DNA of 64,000 nt, taken from IMG/VR virus record IMGVR_UViG_3300037882_001470; one strand, given 5' to 3'. A program made the translations under genes and the position numbers. Under the pieces are notes generated by a model that was given only the letters and a program-made list of their open reading frames with translations, searched no databases and was not told the DNA's origin. Below are positions 38,414 to 48,288 of the stretch, in pieces; position 1 is the stretch's first letter; the number at the start of each line of letters is the position of its first letter. This DNA comes from an uncultured virus (IMG/VR IMGVR_UViG_3300037882_001470). Its lineage: Duplodnaviria; Heunggongvirae; Uroviricota; Caudoviricetes.

Positions 38414-40095
38414 TTAGCTGGAGGCTCCTCCGGTGCGGGTTTCGATGCTTTCCCGGACGCTTCGTTGGACTTATTTCCAGCCGTGAGCTTGCCCTGTGCG
38501 GTGAGCCCATCAACAGTTGGTGAGTCGTAGGTGAGCATTTCACGAAGAGCTGCGCGCCAGCGTTCTGGCTGGCGCGTAATGTCAGGAGCCGACGCGAGCA
38601 GATCGTCGTTCAGCCGCATCACGCGGTCCGGCGGTGCGCTGCTGATTACATCGTCGAGGTGCATGAACCGCATCAACATCGCCCCGGCGTGTGCGTCTCG
38701 TACGCCGTTGCGGATTGTCATGTTGTCTTTCGTCCGGTCCGGCGCGAATTGCCCGACATCTGCTTTCGCCTGCGCAATCAATTCACGAAGCGTCTTTTTG
38801 ACCGAAGGCTGTCCCTGCGGTTGCTGGCGCTCCTGCCCCCGTGGGTCATCAGGAATCTCCATTGGTAACATCGACATGTTGCCCTCATAAGGCGGACGTG
38901 CAGCGGGAACAGCCTCGCGCGGTGGCGACTGTTGCTCCTGCGCAACTTGCTCTTCATCGGTTAGCGGAGCAGCAGAACCGCCTCCACCAGCCGCGTCGCG
39001 ATATGCTTGTTCTTGATCCGCGTCTATACGCGGTGCGGGTCCTGCTGTCGTGTCAGACTCCGTAGGCTCTGGTGAAGTCCTCGACGCCCGCGCAAACCCT
39101 CCGGCGGCTGCCGCAGCCTTCCAGCGCAACCACGCATGAAGTGCATCGGCATCATTGGACGCGACTTTTACTTTCATGTCACGCAGCTTTGGAAGGATAC
39201 CATCAACGTATTCGATAAAATCGTCAGCTTGCGACGCTTCGCGCATGACGGCTGCGATCTTCTTTACCAGCTCGACGCACTTGTGCCGGTCCTCGACTAC
39301 GAACTTTTTCGGAACGGAGGCGGCATCGTAATCAGTTCCTGACGCCTGCTTTACGATGGCCAATTCCAGAGCACCACCGCCGTGCATCGTAACGTCCTGA
39401 TAAATCTCAACAGCGCGGGCTGTCTTCACAATCCCGGACAGCTCACGCAGCATGGTATTAACCGCCTGCATTGATTTGTCGGCGGTTAATTCAGCCGCGA
39501 TTTTAGCAGAAAGATAATTCGCGTTAAACCGATCGATGACGAGCAGCTCCTTTGCGCATTTGATCGGCGTGGTGATACTGTCTGGATAACCACGCCCACA
39601 GCTTCCGCAGCAAACTACTTCGGACGCAATCTTCACGTCTTCGCCGCCGCAATCAGGGCAATTCGCGTATTTCACTACCGGGGGTGTAGTGTTGAAGTGT
39701 TCGCCAACTTGCACCTCATCACGTTTCGTGGAGGCGACGCGAACTGTGAACCAGCTATCAGAATCGCCTTGATCCACCACATTTACGTGACGATCGACTG
39801 GAGTTGGTCTTGAATTACTGCTCGGGTGGTCTTTGAGCGGCACGTTCAGCGCGGCATATTTAGCCGACAACTCGGGGACGTTGATGGTTTGAAAAGTGTC
39901 CGAACGATTATCAGAATTCCCGGAGGACCGCAGATGTGCCATCGTGGAAGCGCTATTGTGAATCTGCGCCAGCATTTGGACCTGTGCCGTCGAAAGTCCG
40001 CGATCTGTCGCTACCTTGATAATTGCTTCGCCATCAATTGGCGAAGCGGACTCGAGCATCTTCTTGTATAACGCACTGGCTTCAGGTTGGTTCAT
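38410..40095 (-). CDS. Head-module protein with K-x-A motifs and a Zn ribbon
   Basis: About 9 K-x-A motifs; CPDCG...CCGSCG zinc ribbon. Confidence 0.65.
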   Translation of the reverse strand: MNQPEASALYKKMLESASPIDGEAIIKVATDRGLSTAQVQMLAQIHNSASTMAHLRSSGNSDNRSDTFQTINVPELSAKYAALNVPLKDHPSSNSRPTPVDRHVNVVDQGDSDSWFTVRVASTKRDEVQVGEHFNTTPPVVKYANCPDCGGEDVKIASEVVCCGSCGRGYPDSITTPIKCAKELLVIDRFNANYLSAKIAAELTADKSMQAVNTMLRELSGIVKTARAVEIYQDVTMHGGGALELAIVKQASGTDYDAASVPKKFVVEDRHKCVELVKKIAAVMREASQADDFIEYVDGILPKLRDMKVKVASNDADALHAWLRWKAAAAAGGFARASRTSPEPTESDTTAGPAPRIDADQEQAYRDAAGGGGSAAPLTDEEQVAQEQQSPPREAVPAARPPYEGNMSMLPMEIPDDPRGQERQQPQGQPSVKKTLRELIAQAKADVGQFAPDRTKDNMTIRNGVRDAHAGAMLMRFMHLDDVISSAPPDRVMRLNDDLLASAPDITRQPERWRAALREMLTYDSPTVDGLTAQGKLTAGNKSNEASGKASKPAPEEPPAK

Positions 40096-40140
40096 GTGTC
40101 GAATATAGTTTTGCGGACGTTATTTGTCGAACAGTTTCCA

Positions 40141-41118
40141 TTAGGTTGTGCTGCCGCTCACGATTGTGCGCACCGCCGCCAAGTCGGTCATTTCGATTCC
40201 AGCACCAGCACCTCCGAAAAGTGTTCGAGAATTCGTCTCCATCGAGAATCCGGCAGCCATCTTCTCCAACTCATCGATCATCTTACGTCCCATCGACCCG
40301 TTGAACGGTGAGGTGACGCCTTCATTACCACCTTGTTTCGCTGCTGCGATAAGTGAACGAGCGTTATAAAGTGCCGGTCCTGTCGAGGCGATACCTCCAT
40401 TACGCGCTACGAGGAAGCCGAGCGACATAATCAAAGTCTCCAGGCGCTTGGCGGCATCCGTCGTCTGACACCTGCTCATATAGTCCGTTCGGATGCCTGC
40501 CATTGCGAGAACGTCGTCCACCCCGTTATTAAAGCCGGCACGTAATAGGAGTTGCGAAAACGCTTCAGAATCAAACGAGTCTTTTACGAATTCGGCGTAT
40601 CGCCCGTGCGGGTAAACAATCGACGCTAATAACGCAAGGTCTTCCTTTCGACCGGCGATGTCATAGAAACATGTCGCATACGCTTCTACACCCTCCGGGC
40701 TGATTGATTTACGCAGTGCTTTTGCAATTGCCGGATACTCAATGTCCTCGACCATCAAAAGTGCGTTTATCACGGTGCGTTTATAAGCGCACGACGAGTC
40801 GTTACGCGTTAGCGCGACCGCCTCCAGAACTGCAGGGTCCCGGTGACGCTGCTTGTTCAACAGATAGAGATAGGACCTCCAAAGGAATCTGGACTCGTTT
40901 GTGTAAGCGCATGCGGGAAATGGTAGCCGATTGTCCACCAACATCTTCACAAAGTGCCATCCAAATCCCAAGTCCTTATAGGCCATGATGAACCTGTCCA
41001 AGTCCGGATCGGCATCATCGGTCTGCACACCCGTCATACGCCAATAGTGATTCCTCGAAAGGTTCACCTCGTCCGCCGGGATAAACTGGCATAAACGGCG
41101 TATATGGTCAGCGTTCAT
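40141..41118 (-). CDS. Hypothetical head-module protein
   Basis: 325 aa globular ORF coupled to the upstream gene. Confidence 0.65.
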   Translation of the reverse strand: MNADHIRRLCQFIPADEVNLSRNHYWRMTGVQTDDADPDLDRFIMAYKDLGFGWHFVKMLVDNRLPFPACAYTNESRFLWRSYLYLLNKQRHRDPAVLEAVALTRNDSSCAYKRTVINALLMVEDIEYPAIAKALRKSISPEGVEAYATCFYDIAGRKEDLALLASIVYPHGRYAEFVKDSFDSEAFSQLLLRAGFNNGVDDVLAMAGIRTDYMSRCQTTDAAKRLETLIMSLGFLVARNGGIASTGPALYNARSLIAAAKQGGNEGVTSPFNGSMGRKMIDELEKMAAGFSMETNSRTLFGGAGAGIEMTDLAAVRTIVSGSTT

Positions 41119-41348
41119 CAGGCGTAAAACCCGTGCTCAGTTGGCTGCCATTCGGGCGTAGGATTTTCGGTAATCCAAGCCTCGCACTCCTCTTTCGTAG
41201 AGAACTGGTGCGCGTCATGAATATTACGGGTTCCGAGTTCGATACCTTTCTCTCCAAGCTTTCCAAGTAGGACAGGCTTTTTAGCGGCATAGTATCCCGG
41301 AAACATCGGAGCCTCTGGAACCCACTTGAATTGCGTAGTCGCGAGCAT
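41118..41348 (-). CDS. Small hypothetical protein
   Basis: 76 aa ORF filling the gap between two large genes. Confidence 0.55.
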   Translation of the reverse strand: MLATTQFKWVPEAPMFPGYYAAKKPVLLGKLGEKGIELGTRNIHDAHQFSTKEECEAWITENPTPEWQPTEHGFYA

Positions 41349-41353
41349 AGTGA

Positions 41354-43735
41354 TTATAGAGACTGCGAGGCCCCGTTGGCATCAATTGGGCGCTTCAACA
41401 GATCCAGCACGAGCAGCCCCGTCGAGCGGAACGTCCCGGACAATTGTGTCTCGCGCTGTACGAGCTCGTCGCTTCCGTAAAGTTTCTCGAAGTCCGATGG
41501 TTTCCAATAGAACAGGAACAGCAGGCGACCAGTGCGGTCCACGCCGATTTCGATGTCGGGAATGAGGTCTGTGATCACACGTCCGACGTCATACGTTCGG
41601 ACAAGCTGTGCAATTACTCCGTGCTCGACAGCGTGAAGGAGATTGCGGTCTGCAATCGCTTTCTCGATATCCGACGGCTGCATCTTCATCAGCTCGTCAA
41701 ACGGCAGAATGTCCGGGTCCTGAGTCTTGGATGGTGCATTCTTGGACCCTTCGTTGATCATCAACTGCATCATCTCGTTGTTGTCCATCGACGGACGTCC
41801 GCTGACTTGCTGAGACACTTGCGTTTGAAACTCACGAGGCCAATCGACCAACACATTGTTGTAGCTGTCGAAGTTTGGATTCCAGTTCGGCTCGCGTTGC
41901 ACGTAACCGCGCATCATTGACCCGCTGGTCATCGTTGCGGCGGTCTTCTCGGTTGGTGCGATTGTAGCGAACTTTACGGCCCCGATGCAATTGTCAGCCT
42001 CGTATATGACGGACATAGCGTCCTCGCCGGAGAGGCCAACACGCAGGCATAGGGCCGCAGCCAGCTTGACGGGGTGGTCGAGCTCATAATGCTGTGTCCC
42101 AATACGTTGCCCGGCAACCTTCATCTTGTAGCGGTCGCCACCCTTCGTGACTGAAATCTGGAGACCATTGTTCTGCATCACGATATCGAACAATGACTTC
42201 GCAGGAAGTGGGACTGGACTCTCTTTAGGTTTCTTACCTTTGACAGACGGGTAATTCTCAGCACGCGCCGAGCAGCAAAACGTGTCCGGTCCCGGAGTTT
42301 CCTCCATTGCACACTCAAGGAATACTGCATCGCGTCCGATGATCCCGTATTGCAGGTCCGATGCGCGTGTCTTGTCACACAGCACGGTAAATTCACAACC
42401 GAACGACCCTTCGCCGTAAACCTCAACAACACGTAGGTGTGAGTAGTTGTCGGTGCGCCGGTCAATCTCAACCACGAGAATTGGGAGCGTAGTGATTGCG
42501 TTACCACCGACGAGCGCGATGTGATATATGCCGTCCACTTTTGGCTCTACCGAAGCTTTTTCGAGCACATCTTTCGCGTCGATCATCTCGTCCGTCTTTC
42601 CAACACCATGCACCGAACCGGGGGCAACCTTGCGCACGGTCTTGTCATCGAGGAAATACAGCGACAAGTTCGGCTTGAGCACGCCGTCCCCGCAGCCGGG
42701 TTCGCATACCCGGCTGTAACCTTCGGACAAATCCATTGCGTGCAGTTCAATGCCGGCGGCAACATAAACCTTTGCGAGGGTCTCCTCTCCCATAATGGGG
42801 ATATCGATAACCTGCCCTGCGTTGAGATTCTCGAAGACCACGTCCGTTTGGACCATCTTCACTTTCTCATCTTCGTTTCGTGGGTCTTCGATCTCAAACG
42901 CATGTTTCCACGAAGTCATTACGTGCGGCACGTTGCTGACCGCGGTATTTGCGGTCTTTGACAAGTTACCGCATCGGAATGTCAGCGCCGGGGTTGTTGA
43001 CGCGATTTTGACTGATCGCGTAGCTTCTGCGAGCGCGTCAGTATATGGGGTCACGTCCCCATCGGTGAATTGAAGCAGGAGCTCGGCGGTCTTTGTATTA
43101 CCACCCTCCAATCCTCCAATCATCGCCTCCACCATTTCGGCGGAGGCGGTCTTGAGATACTTTCGCGTCAACGCGCCAACAGGCGCCGATGTGTCCGTAG
43201 TAAAGAGATCTGCGACAGCCGATTCATCAAGTAGCCCGCCCACTCCGAGCGACTGTTTGAATGCACCTGTCTTACTCACCAAGCTGTGCGGCTGCCGTGC
43301 AATTGTGTTGAGGTCGTATCCAAGCCCTGAGTGACGTTCCGCTTCGGCCCGTGGCATAGTGCGCCCGGCGTCGGACTGTGCATTACGAGCGCCTCGGATA
43401 ATCTTCTCGGCCCATTCCGTGCAGAGCGGCTTGAAGAGTTTGCGCTTGCAGTCCCACAAGAATTGGTCACCTTTGATCTGCCCGTTAAGGAAGAACACCG
43501 GAGCCAACCATAGCGCGTCGGCAACGCGAAATACGAACGCGCCGATGATGCGTGTATTGTCGTCGTTTGAATGGATTAATTCGAAACCGAGACAATTGGA
43601 GTCATCCATCAACGCACCGGCTTTCGCCTTAATGAAGCTGTAGGCTTGCTCGGCGAAAGCGCGTTCGATTTCAGGACGCCCGGGGCGAACTTCGTTGGCG
43701 AGTTTTACTCTCCAGTCATTTGTGGCTTTTGTCAT
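41354..43735 (-). CDS. Large head-module protein with K-x-A motifs
   Basis: Likely start MTKATND at 43735; VKLAN, LKTAS, TKTAE, VKIAS, SKTAN and EKTAA motifs. Confidence 0.7.
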   Translation of the reverse strand: MTKATNDWRVKLANEVRPGRPEIERAFAEQAYSFIKAKAGALMDDSNCLGFELIHSNDDNTRIIGAFVFRVADALWLAPVFFLNGQIKGDQFLWDCKRKLFKPLCTEWAEKIIRGARNAQSDAGRTMPRAEAERHSGLGYDLNTIARQPHSLVSKTGAFKQSLGVGGLLDESAVADLFTTDTSAPVGALTRKYLKTASAEMVEAMIGGLEGGNTKTAELLLQFTDGDVTPYTDALAEATRSVKIASTTPALTFRCGNLSKTANTAVSNVPHVMTSWKHAFEIEDPRNEDEKVKMVQTDVVFENLNAGQVIDIPIMGEETLAKVYVAAGIELHAMDLSEGYSRVCEPGCGDGVLKPNLSLYFLDDKTVRKVAPGSVHGVGKTDEMIDAKDVLEKASVEPKVDGIYHIALVGGNAITTLPILVVEIDRRTDNYSHLRVVEVYGEGSFGCEFTVLCDKTRASDLQYGIIGRDAVFLECAMEETPGPDTFCCSARAENYPSVKGKKPKESPVPLPAKSLFDIVMQNNGLQISVTKGGDRYKMKVAGQRIGTQHYELDHPVKLAAALCLRVGLSGEDAMSVIYEADNCIGAVKFATIAPTEKTAATMTSGSMMRGYVQREPNWNPNFDSYNNVLVDWPREFQTQVSQQVSGRPSMDNNEMMQLMINEGSKNAPSKTQDPDILPFDELMKMQPSDIEKAIADRNLLHAVEHGVIAQLVRTYDVGRVITDLIPDIEIGVDRTGRLLFLFYWKPSDFEKLYGSDELVQRETQLSGTFRSTGLLVLDLLKRPIDANGASQSL

Positions 43736-43739
43736 ATAT

Positions 43740-45203
43740 TTACGCGGTGGCGTTAGCTTGAATTTTTGAAAGTAGGTCGTCAATATGGGAAGTCGCTGCG
43801 CCTGGAGCGAAAAGCGCAGACAGCCCGAGCTTGAGGCGTGTTGCCGGGTCACTCATTGCTGTATGGACGGTGTTTCGTGCGGCGCCAATGGCTTTTCCGA
43901 TCTCTTCTTTCTTCCTGTCGTTAATGGTGCCACTGAAGCCATTGATCGCCGCAGCCGCTGTGCCTGCGCCTACCGCAGTTCCAGTCGCGTAGCCGGCCCC
44001 ACGTTTCGCAGCGCCATACGCGAGTTGTTTCGACATTGGCTGCTTCGCAAATACACTTTGCAGTTTTTGATATTTGCGATTGAATAGAGTGTTAATAGCG
44101 GCCATTGGCGGAGGTTTAGCGCCGCCGAAAACCCGCCCTATATGCTGGCCTACCCATTTGACGTTGGTCCCCGCATTTTGCAGAAACATCCCGGCGCGCG
44201 GTAACACATATTTTGAGATCATCCCGTCCGCGAATGCTGCGGTCTTTTTTGGAGGACTGTGGAATCCTTGAATTGCTGACACTAGCGACAGGAGAGGGAT
44301 ACTTACGGCCCCGCCGAGCGCTGCGCCTGCTCCTGTGTCCATTAAAGTATCACGTGTCGGGAGGTTATCGGTAACTCCACGACGAGCCCCCATAGCACCA
44401 CCGACCGTCAGTCCTGAAATCGCGTTTCTGAGGAAATCAGATTTCACTTTAGACGCAGCCCCGCTGAGCCGATCAAAAATAGATGGATTAGCCTCTCGGT
44501 TGGCGCGATCTGCTTGTTCTGCTTCGTCCGTCGGCTCATAGGTCTCCGTTTCGAGATCATCGGCTGTCTTCGTAATCCCGATAAACACTTTGATGCTGTC
44601 GATCGCCGCAGTCTTCGCCAGAAGCCCTGGAGACGCTTTTCGGAACTGTTGCGCATTGACCGTCTGCCCTCCAGACGTAATCAATTGCATGTTGTGTTGG
44701 TCCATGCGCGAATTAGGATTGTAGTTTGAGCCAGTCCTGCGTCGAAACTGTGCAATCATTTCCGGAGTTACCCCGTTGGACCCCGCAGGAAAACGCTGCG
44801 CGTTGTAAGCCTGGTCGCCTGCGATCACCTTTTCGCGATCGACTGCCGCGTTGAAGCCTTCCGTAATACCAGTGACACCAGGGCCTGATGGAATTGGAGG
44901 TGTCATCAGCGTCCCATCGGTGCGCGTTCCAGCAGCAAGCCCGAGACCTGGGCTTCCATGTGGTAGATCGTGAATCGGGGCGGCGGGTGTTATAGGCTTC
45001 GGAGGGGACACCAATGAAGTGCTCCCGCTGATACCGCCTGAAATGGGCTTCGGTGTATTCTTGGCAATCGTAGCCAGTTCAGAGTCTGGCGGAACTCCGT
45101 GATAAGTCGACTCTGCGGTTTTCGTTACGCCGGAAAACACCCCCGTCGTTTGACTGAGTCGATGATTACGAATAACGTCCAGAGTTGAAAATGTAGTGCT
45201 CAT
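43740..45203 (-). CDS. Putative internal virion protein with KTA motifs
   Basis: TKTAE, AKTAA, TKTAD and KKTAA separate Gly-zipper/hydrophobic modules. Confidence 0.65.
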   Translation of the reverse strand: MSTTFSTLDVIRNHRLSQTTGVFSGVTKTAESTYHGVPPDSELATIAKNTPKPISGGISGSTSLVSPPKPITPAAPIHDLPHGSPGLGLAAGTRTDGTLMTPPIPSGPGVTGITEGFNAAVDREKVIAGDQAYNAQRFPAGSNGVTPEMIAQFRRRTGSNYNPNSRMDQHNMQLITSGGQTVNAQQFRKASPGLLAKTAAIDSIKVFIGITKTADDLETETYEPTDEAEQADRANREANPSIFDRLSGAASKVKSDFLRNAISGLTVGGAMGARRGVTDNLPTRDTLMDTGAGAALGGAVSIPLLSLVSAIQGFHSPPKKTAAFADGMISKYVLPRAGMFLQNAGTNVKWVGQHIGRVFGGAKPPPMAAINTLFNRKYQKLQSVFAKQPMSKQLAYGAAKRGAGYATGTAVGAGTAAAAINGFSGTINDRKKEEIGKAIGAARNTVHTAMSDPATRLKLGLSALFAPGAATSHIDDLLSKIQANATA

Positions 45204-47062
45204 TAAAATTTGCCGGTAGTGCGGACATTCTTTCCGAAATCCTCACCAATAGCAAGGCGAGGGATAAAGTTTGTGTTGGCCTCGACATCAGTGTCTGCCG
45301 CGCGCGTCACAGCGTCTTGCATATTGCGTGACAGGTAGTTGGTCCCAAGCACTGCCAACCAGTCATCCTGCGAGTGCGATGCCGTGCGCAGTCTTGGCAT
45401 GATTGCCGTAAACCCGGGGGCCTTGCCCGTGGTGCTCACTCGGTCAATCCCATTGTCCTTCAGATGTGATGCCATTTTCGGAGACAGCTTAGTGCCGATC
45501 GTGAAGTGCGCGACATCTCGTGTCAGGTATTTGCCGACTGCGTCATCGGGCGAAGTCTCCAGTTCGTCGTCCGGGGATGAGAATGAACGCCGAAGGGCGG
45601 TGTATGAGATCACATCATCTGGTAAGTTGCCGCCGATACCATCGACGTCGTCTATATTGATATGGTCCAACGCTCCGCGCGCCAGCATTTCAGTTTGCTG
45701 TGGGTGCGCTTTTGCTCCAGAATCCGTGAGAATCTTAGCGAGTTGAAGTGAATAATGTTTACGTGCCGCGCCGAGACCTTGCGTACGAATAATATCCCGA
45801 GCGTCTACGATACCGTCGCTTATTTGGTCGCCAGCTTCCAATTTGTCCCCGGTCTTGACCATGATTTCATACCCAGGTTTGACGTAATATTGCTTGTTGC
45901 CTACAGTGACGTAATTACCGCCTTGTGGGGCCTCCGTAATTGCATCCACTTCTCCCGGCTCATCCGCGACTGCTGCGCGATACTCCATATTGTCAGGAGC
46001 TTGTAGGAATTGGGTAATTGCGTCGAGGCCTGCGAATGATTTTTTAGTACCTGTAATGCCAGCTACGTGCTTGCTGGAGAGGGCGCTTTGTACTACGGGT
46101 TCGAATAGTGATTGGGCTGCCGTGATACCGGCGTGGTCACCCACTTTGAATAGTTTTCCGGCATTGGTAAAACCTCCAGCGCATTTGGAACAAAGCCCCG
46201 CACCCGCTTGGCAAGTTGTTGCGCTACGAACCATTACCTGTTTCGGGTTGGCGGTCTTCAGTGCGGACAATACTTTCTTATCTACATAAGTCCCCGCTGG
46301 AAATCCTGCGGTATCTCGGGACAGCACCCTATAAAGTAGGCTGCTTGGATTATCCATCCCAAATGCGATACCGGTGTCGGCTCCACAATCATTCTCCGTG
46401 ATGAGTTGATTTACTGTAGCAGCGGCAGCCAACTTCAATAGCTCACCACCACGGGCCGTGCTGCGCTTTGTGTCTGTTACGGAGCTACGCGCCCCGAAAG
46501 TGCCGGCCAAGAATTCACCTGGGCGTAATCCGTCCGAATAGCTGTTGCGAACGAATACTGGAATCAACCGACCTTTGGAGTCGGTGTAAACACCAGGAGT
46601 CGACAACATCGCCTTTACCTGCGCCGGCTTTCCACGTGACCCGGACGCTACCGCTGTAACCACGTTGTTGTCCTGACTGCCATACGAATCCATCGTGAGC
46701 TTTTCCGCCAGTGTAGAATACCTCGTAAGAATCTCCGCACGCGCTTGGTCGAACCCGCCTGGGTCATTGCGATGTAGCTTTCGCGCCTCCGCAATTTCTT
46801 TGTCCATTTGTCCAAACATCGGAGCGCGGTCAAACACTGGTTTGAGATCACTCATTCGCACGGTGTCACCGCGCCTCCACGTTTCGTTACGACCGATTTT
46901 GGCGATGGCGTGTTGGATATCTGCGAACTCTTCCGGGCGACTAGTGGCTACACTTGCGAGAAGGCCGTCGAGCGACTTCGAGTCATACTTACGTCTGAAG
47001 TCCCGTAATTCCGGCGGTAGTTTACTCTCGACCGCCAACGTTATTGCTTTGAATACTGGCAC
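45203..47062 (-). CDS. DNA-directed RNA polymerase beta' subunit, C-terminal half only (RpoC2-like split)
   Basis: SGSRG...Q; SYSDGLRPGEFL; bridge helix GARSSVTDTKRSTARGG; ENDCG; RSATTC...LCSKCAG Zn site; trigger loop GITAAQSLFEPVVQSALSSKH. No NADFDGD. Start uncertain (GTG at 47062 proposed). Confidence 0.9.
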   Translation of the reverse strand: MPVFKAITLAVESKLPPELRDFRRKYDSKSLDGLLASVATSRPEEFADIQHAIAKIGRNETWRRGDTVRMSDLKPVFDRAPMFGQMDKEIAEARKLHRNDPGGFDQARAEILTRYSTLAEKLTMDSYGSQDNNVVTAVASGSRGKPAQVKAMLSTPGVYTDSKGRLIPVFVRNSYSDGLRPGEFLAGTFGARSSVTDTKRSTARGGELLKLAAAATVNQLITENDCGADTGIAFGMDNPSSLLYRVLSRDTAGFPAGTYVDKKVLSALKTANPKQVMVRSATTCQAGAGLCSKCAGGFTNAGKLFKVGDHAGITAAQSLFEPVVQSALSSKHVAGITGTKKSFAGLDAITQFLQAPDNMEYRAAVADEPGEVDAITEAPQGGNYVTVGNKQYYVKPGYEIMVKTGDKLEAGDQISDGIVDARDIIRTQGLGAARKHYSLQLAKILTDSGAKAHPQQTEMLARGALDHINIDDVDGIGGNLPDDVISYTALRRSFSSPDDELETSPDDAVGKYLTRDVAHFTIGTKLSPKMASHLKDNGIDRVSTTGKAPGFTAIMPRLRTASHSQDDWLAVLGTNYLSRNMQDAVTRAADTDVEANTNFIPRLAIGEDFGKNVRTTGKF

Positions 47063-47079
47063 TGGAGTAGTCGCCTGTA

Positions 47080-47469
47080 TTACTGACTCATTGTGTGCGA
47101 TGTAATAAACGCGTCGGCTACCGCTCCTACGCCGTCTTGGGCAACAACGCGCGCACGAAATAGTCTCCACGCACCTATCGGTAGCACATACATGGCATTG
47201 CGGCACGTCGCGTCGAGAGTGGTATCTGCTGTCAACCGAGCGATGGGAGTCCAGAATGTATCGGTATCTTCTGGTGCAAATGGACTCGCTTCAATAACGA
47301 CAGTCGCGTTAAGCGTCGCGTGCTTTTGTCGCACCCATACAATATTGAGCGGGAAGCGTGTGCGGTCGACCGCGTGCACAGGATCGCCGGTAGCGTTGAG
47401 TGCAAACGTACCATCGACCATCAACGTGGTCATGGACTTTTTGCTTTCGATGTCAATTGCTGGTTGTGT
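47080..47469 (-). CDS. Hypothetical beta-sandwich protein
   Basis: Start taken near MTQPAID at the overlap with the endolysin stop (about 47469-47472); beta-rich sequence. Confidence 0.5.
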   Translation of the reverse strand, partial: TQPAIDIESKKSMTTLMVDGTFALNATGDPVHAVDRTRFPLNIVWVRQKHATLNATVVIEASPFAPEDTDTFWTPIARLTADTTLDATCRNAMYVLPIGAWRLFRARVVAQDGVGAVADAFITSHTMSQ

Positions 47470-48281
47470 CATAGATTCTTCACACGTTTGGCGATGGCAA
47501 TTACTTCTTGGACCCCGGCCCAAGTCGCACCCGCCTCATAGAATGGGTGCTCCAGACGGGTTCCGAAAAGGATCGTATTGCCGTCAACGCGTTTGATATT
47601 GGATGCGATGTCTGGATACTTCATCCCAAAAACACTCACGAGAAAATCCGCTACAGGCACACACCAATAAGCGCCGGCCTTGAGTTGAACATTCGTGAAC
47701 CCGTCTAGCCCGTCGGGTTTTGCAGGCGGTTCGCTTGTCGTAGGTTTTGCGCTACCTCGACATAGATCGAGGAACCAGTCCATTTTCACGCGCTCACCTG
47801 GGCAGGTTTTGTTGGTCTTCGGGTCCTGACGGTGGAACAGGACAGTTTTTGTGCTGATCGGAAGCTTGCACCACGCAAGAATAGCGACGGTCGCTGCGGC
47901 TGATATTTTCCAGCAAGCCAACCCACGCCCGGTCAGTTGGTCGTCCATTCCATTATCGTAGTCTCCGAGAGTCTCAATACCCGCGGTCTTGGAATTGAAC
48001 GATCGCGCGTGCGTGCCCGGTTCTGCGAGATCCGTGAGACCATGCAGGAGACGGTCGTCCGCGAACAAATGTGGACCAGTGCTCCAACCTTTGTCATCAC
48101 GGTAAAAGTCTCGCAAATTCTTCATATGCGTGGCCGAGAATCCGGACGGACGCATCGCGAGCGTAGGCGGTGCTGAATGGTGTAAAGTTACGCCTTTAAT
48201 CCAGGCAGGCGCCTTTTTGCTTTCAAGGTAAGCCTTGAATTCGTCAGTGGTCCAACTTTTGCCGAGTGCGGTAAATCCCAT
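47469..48281 (-). CDS. Endolysin, N-acetylmuramoyl-L-alanine amidase (Amidase_2)
   Basis: VTLHHSA, PHLF, HARSFNSKTAGIE, FHRQDPKTNKTCPG: His/His/Cys Zn ligands. Confidence 0.9.
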   Translation of the reverse strand: MGFTALGKSWTTDEFKAYLESKKAPAWIKGVTLHHSAPPTLAMRPSGFSATHMKNLRDFYRDDKGWSTGPHLFADDRLLHGLTDLAEPGTHARSFNSKTAGIETLGDYDNGMDDQLTGRGLACWKISAAATVAILAWCKLPISTKTVLFHRQDPKTNKTCPGERVKMDWFLDLCRGSAKPTTSEPPAKPDGLDGFTNVQLKAGAYWCVPVADFLVSVFGMKYPDIASNIKRVDGNTILFGTRLEHPFYEAGATWAGVQEVIAIAKRVKNL

Positions 48282-48288
48282 AAGAGTA

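Noticed and set aside
45203..47062. Host chromosomal rpoC
   Set aside because: Half-length and divergent, with no rpoB or ribosomal protein neighbours; flanked by phage genes.
47063..47206. N-terminal Cys/Arg-rich extension of the RNAP ORF given in the track
   Set aside because: Overlaps the upstream gene in another frame; the true start is probably downstream of 47080.
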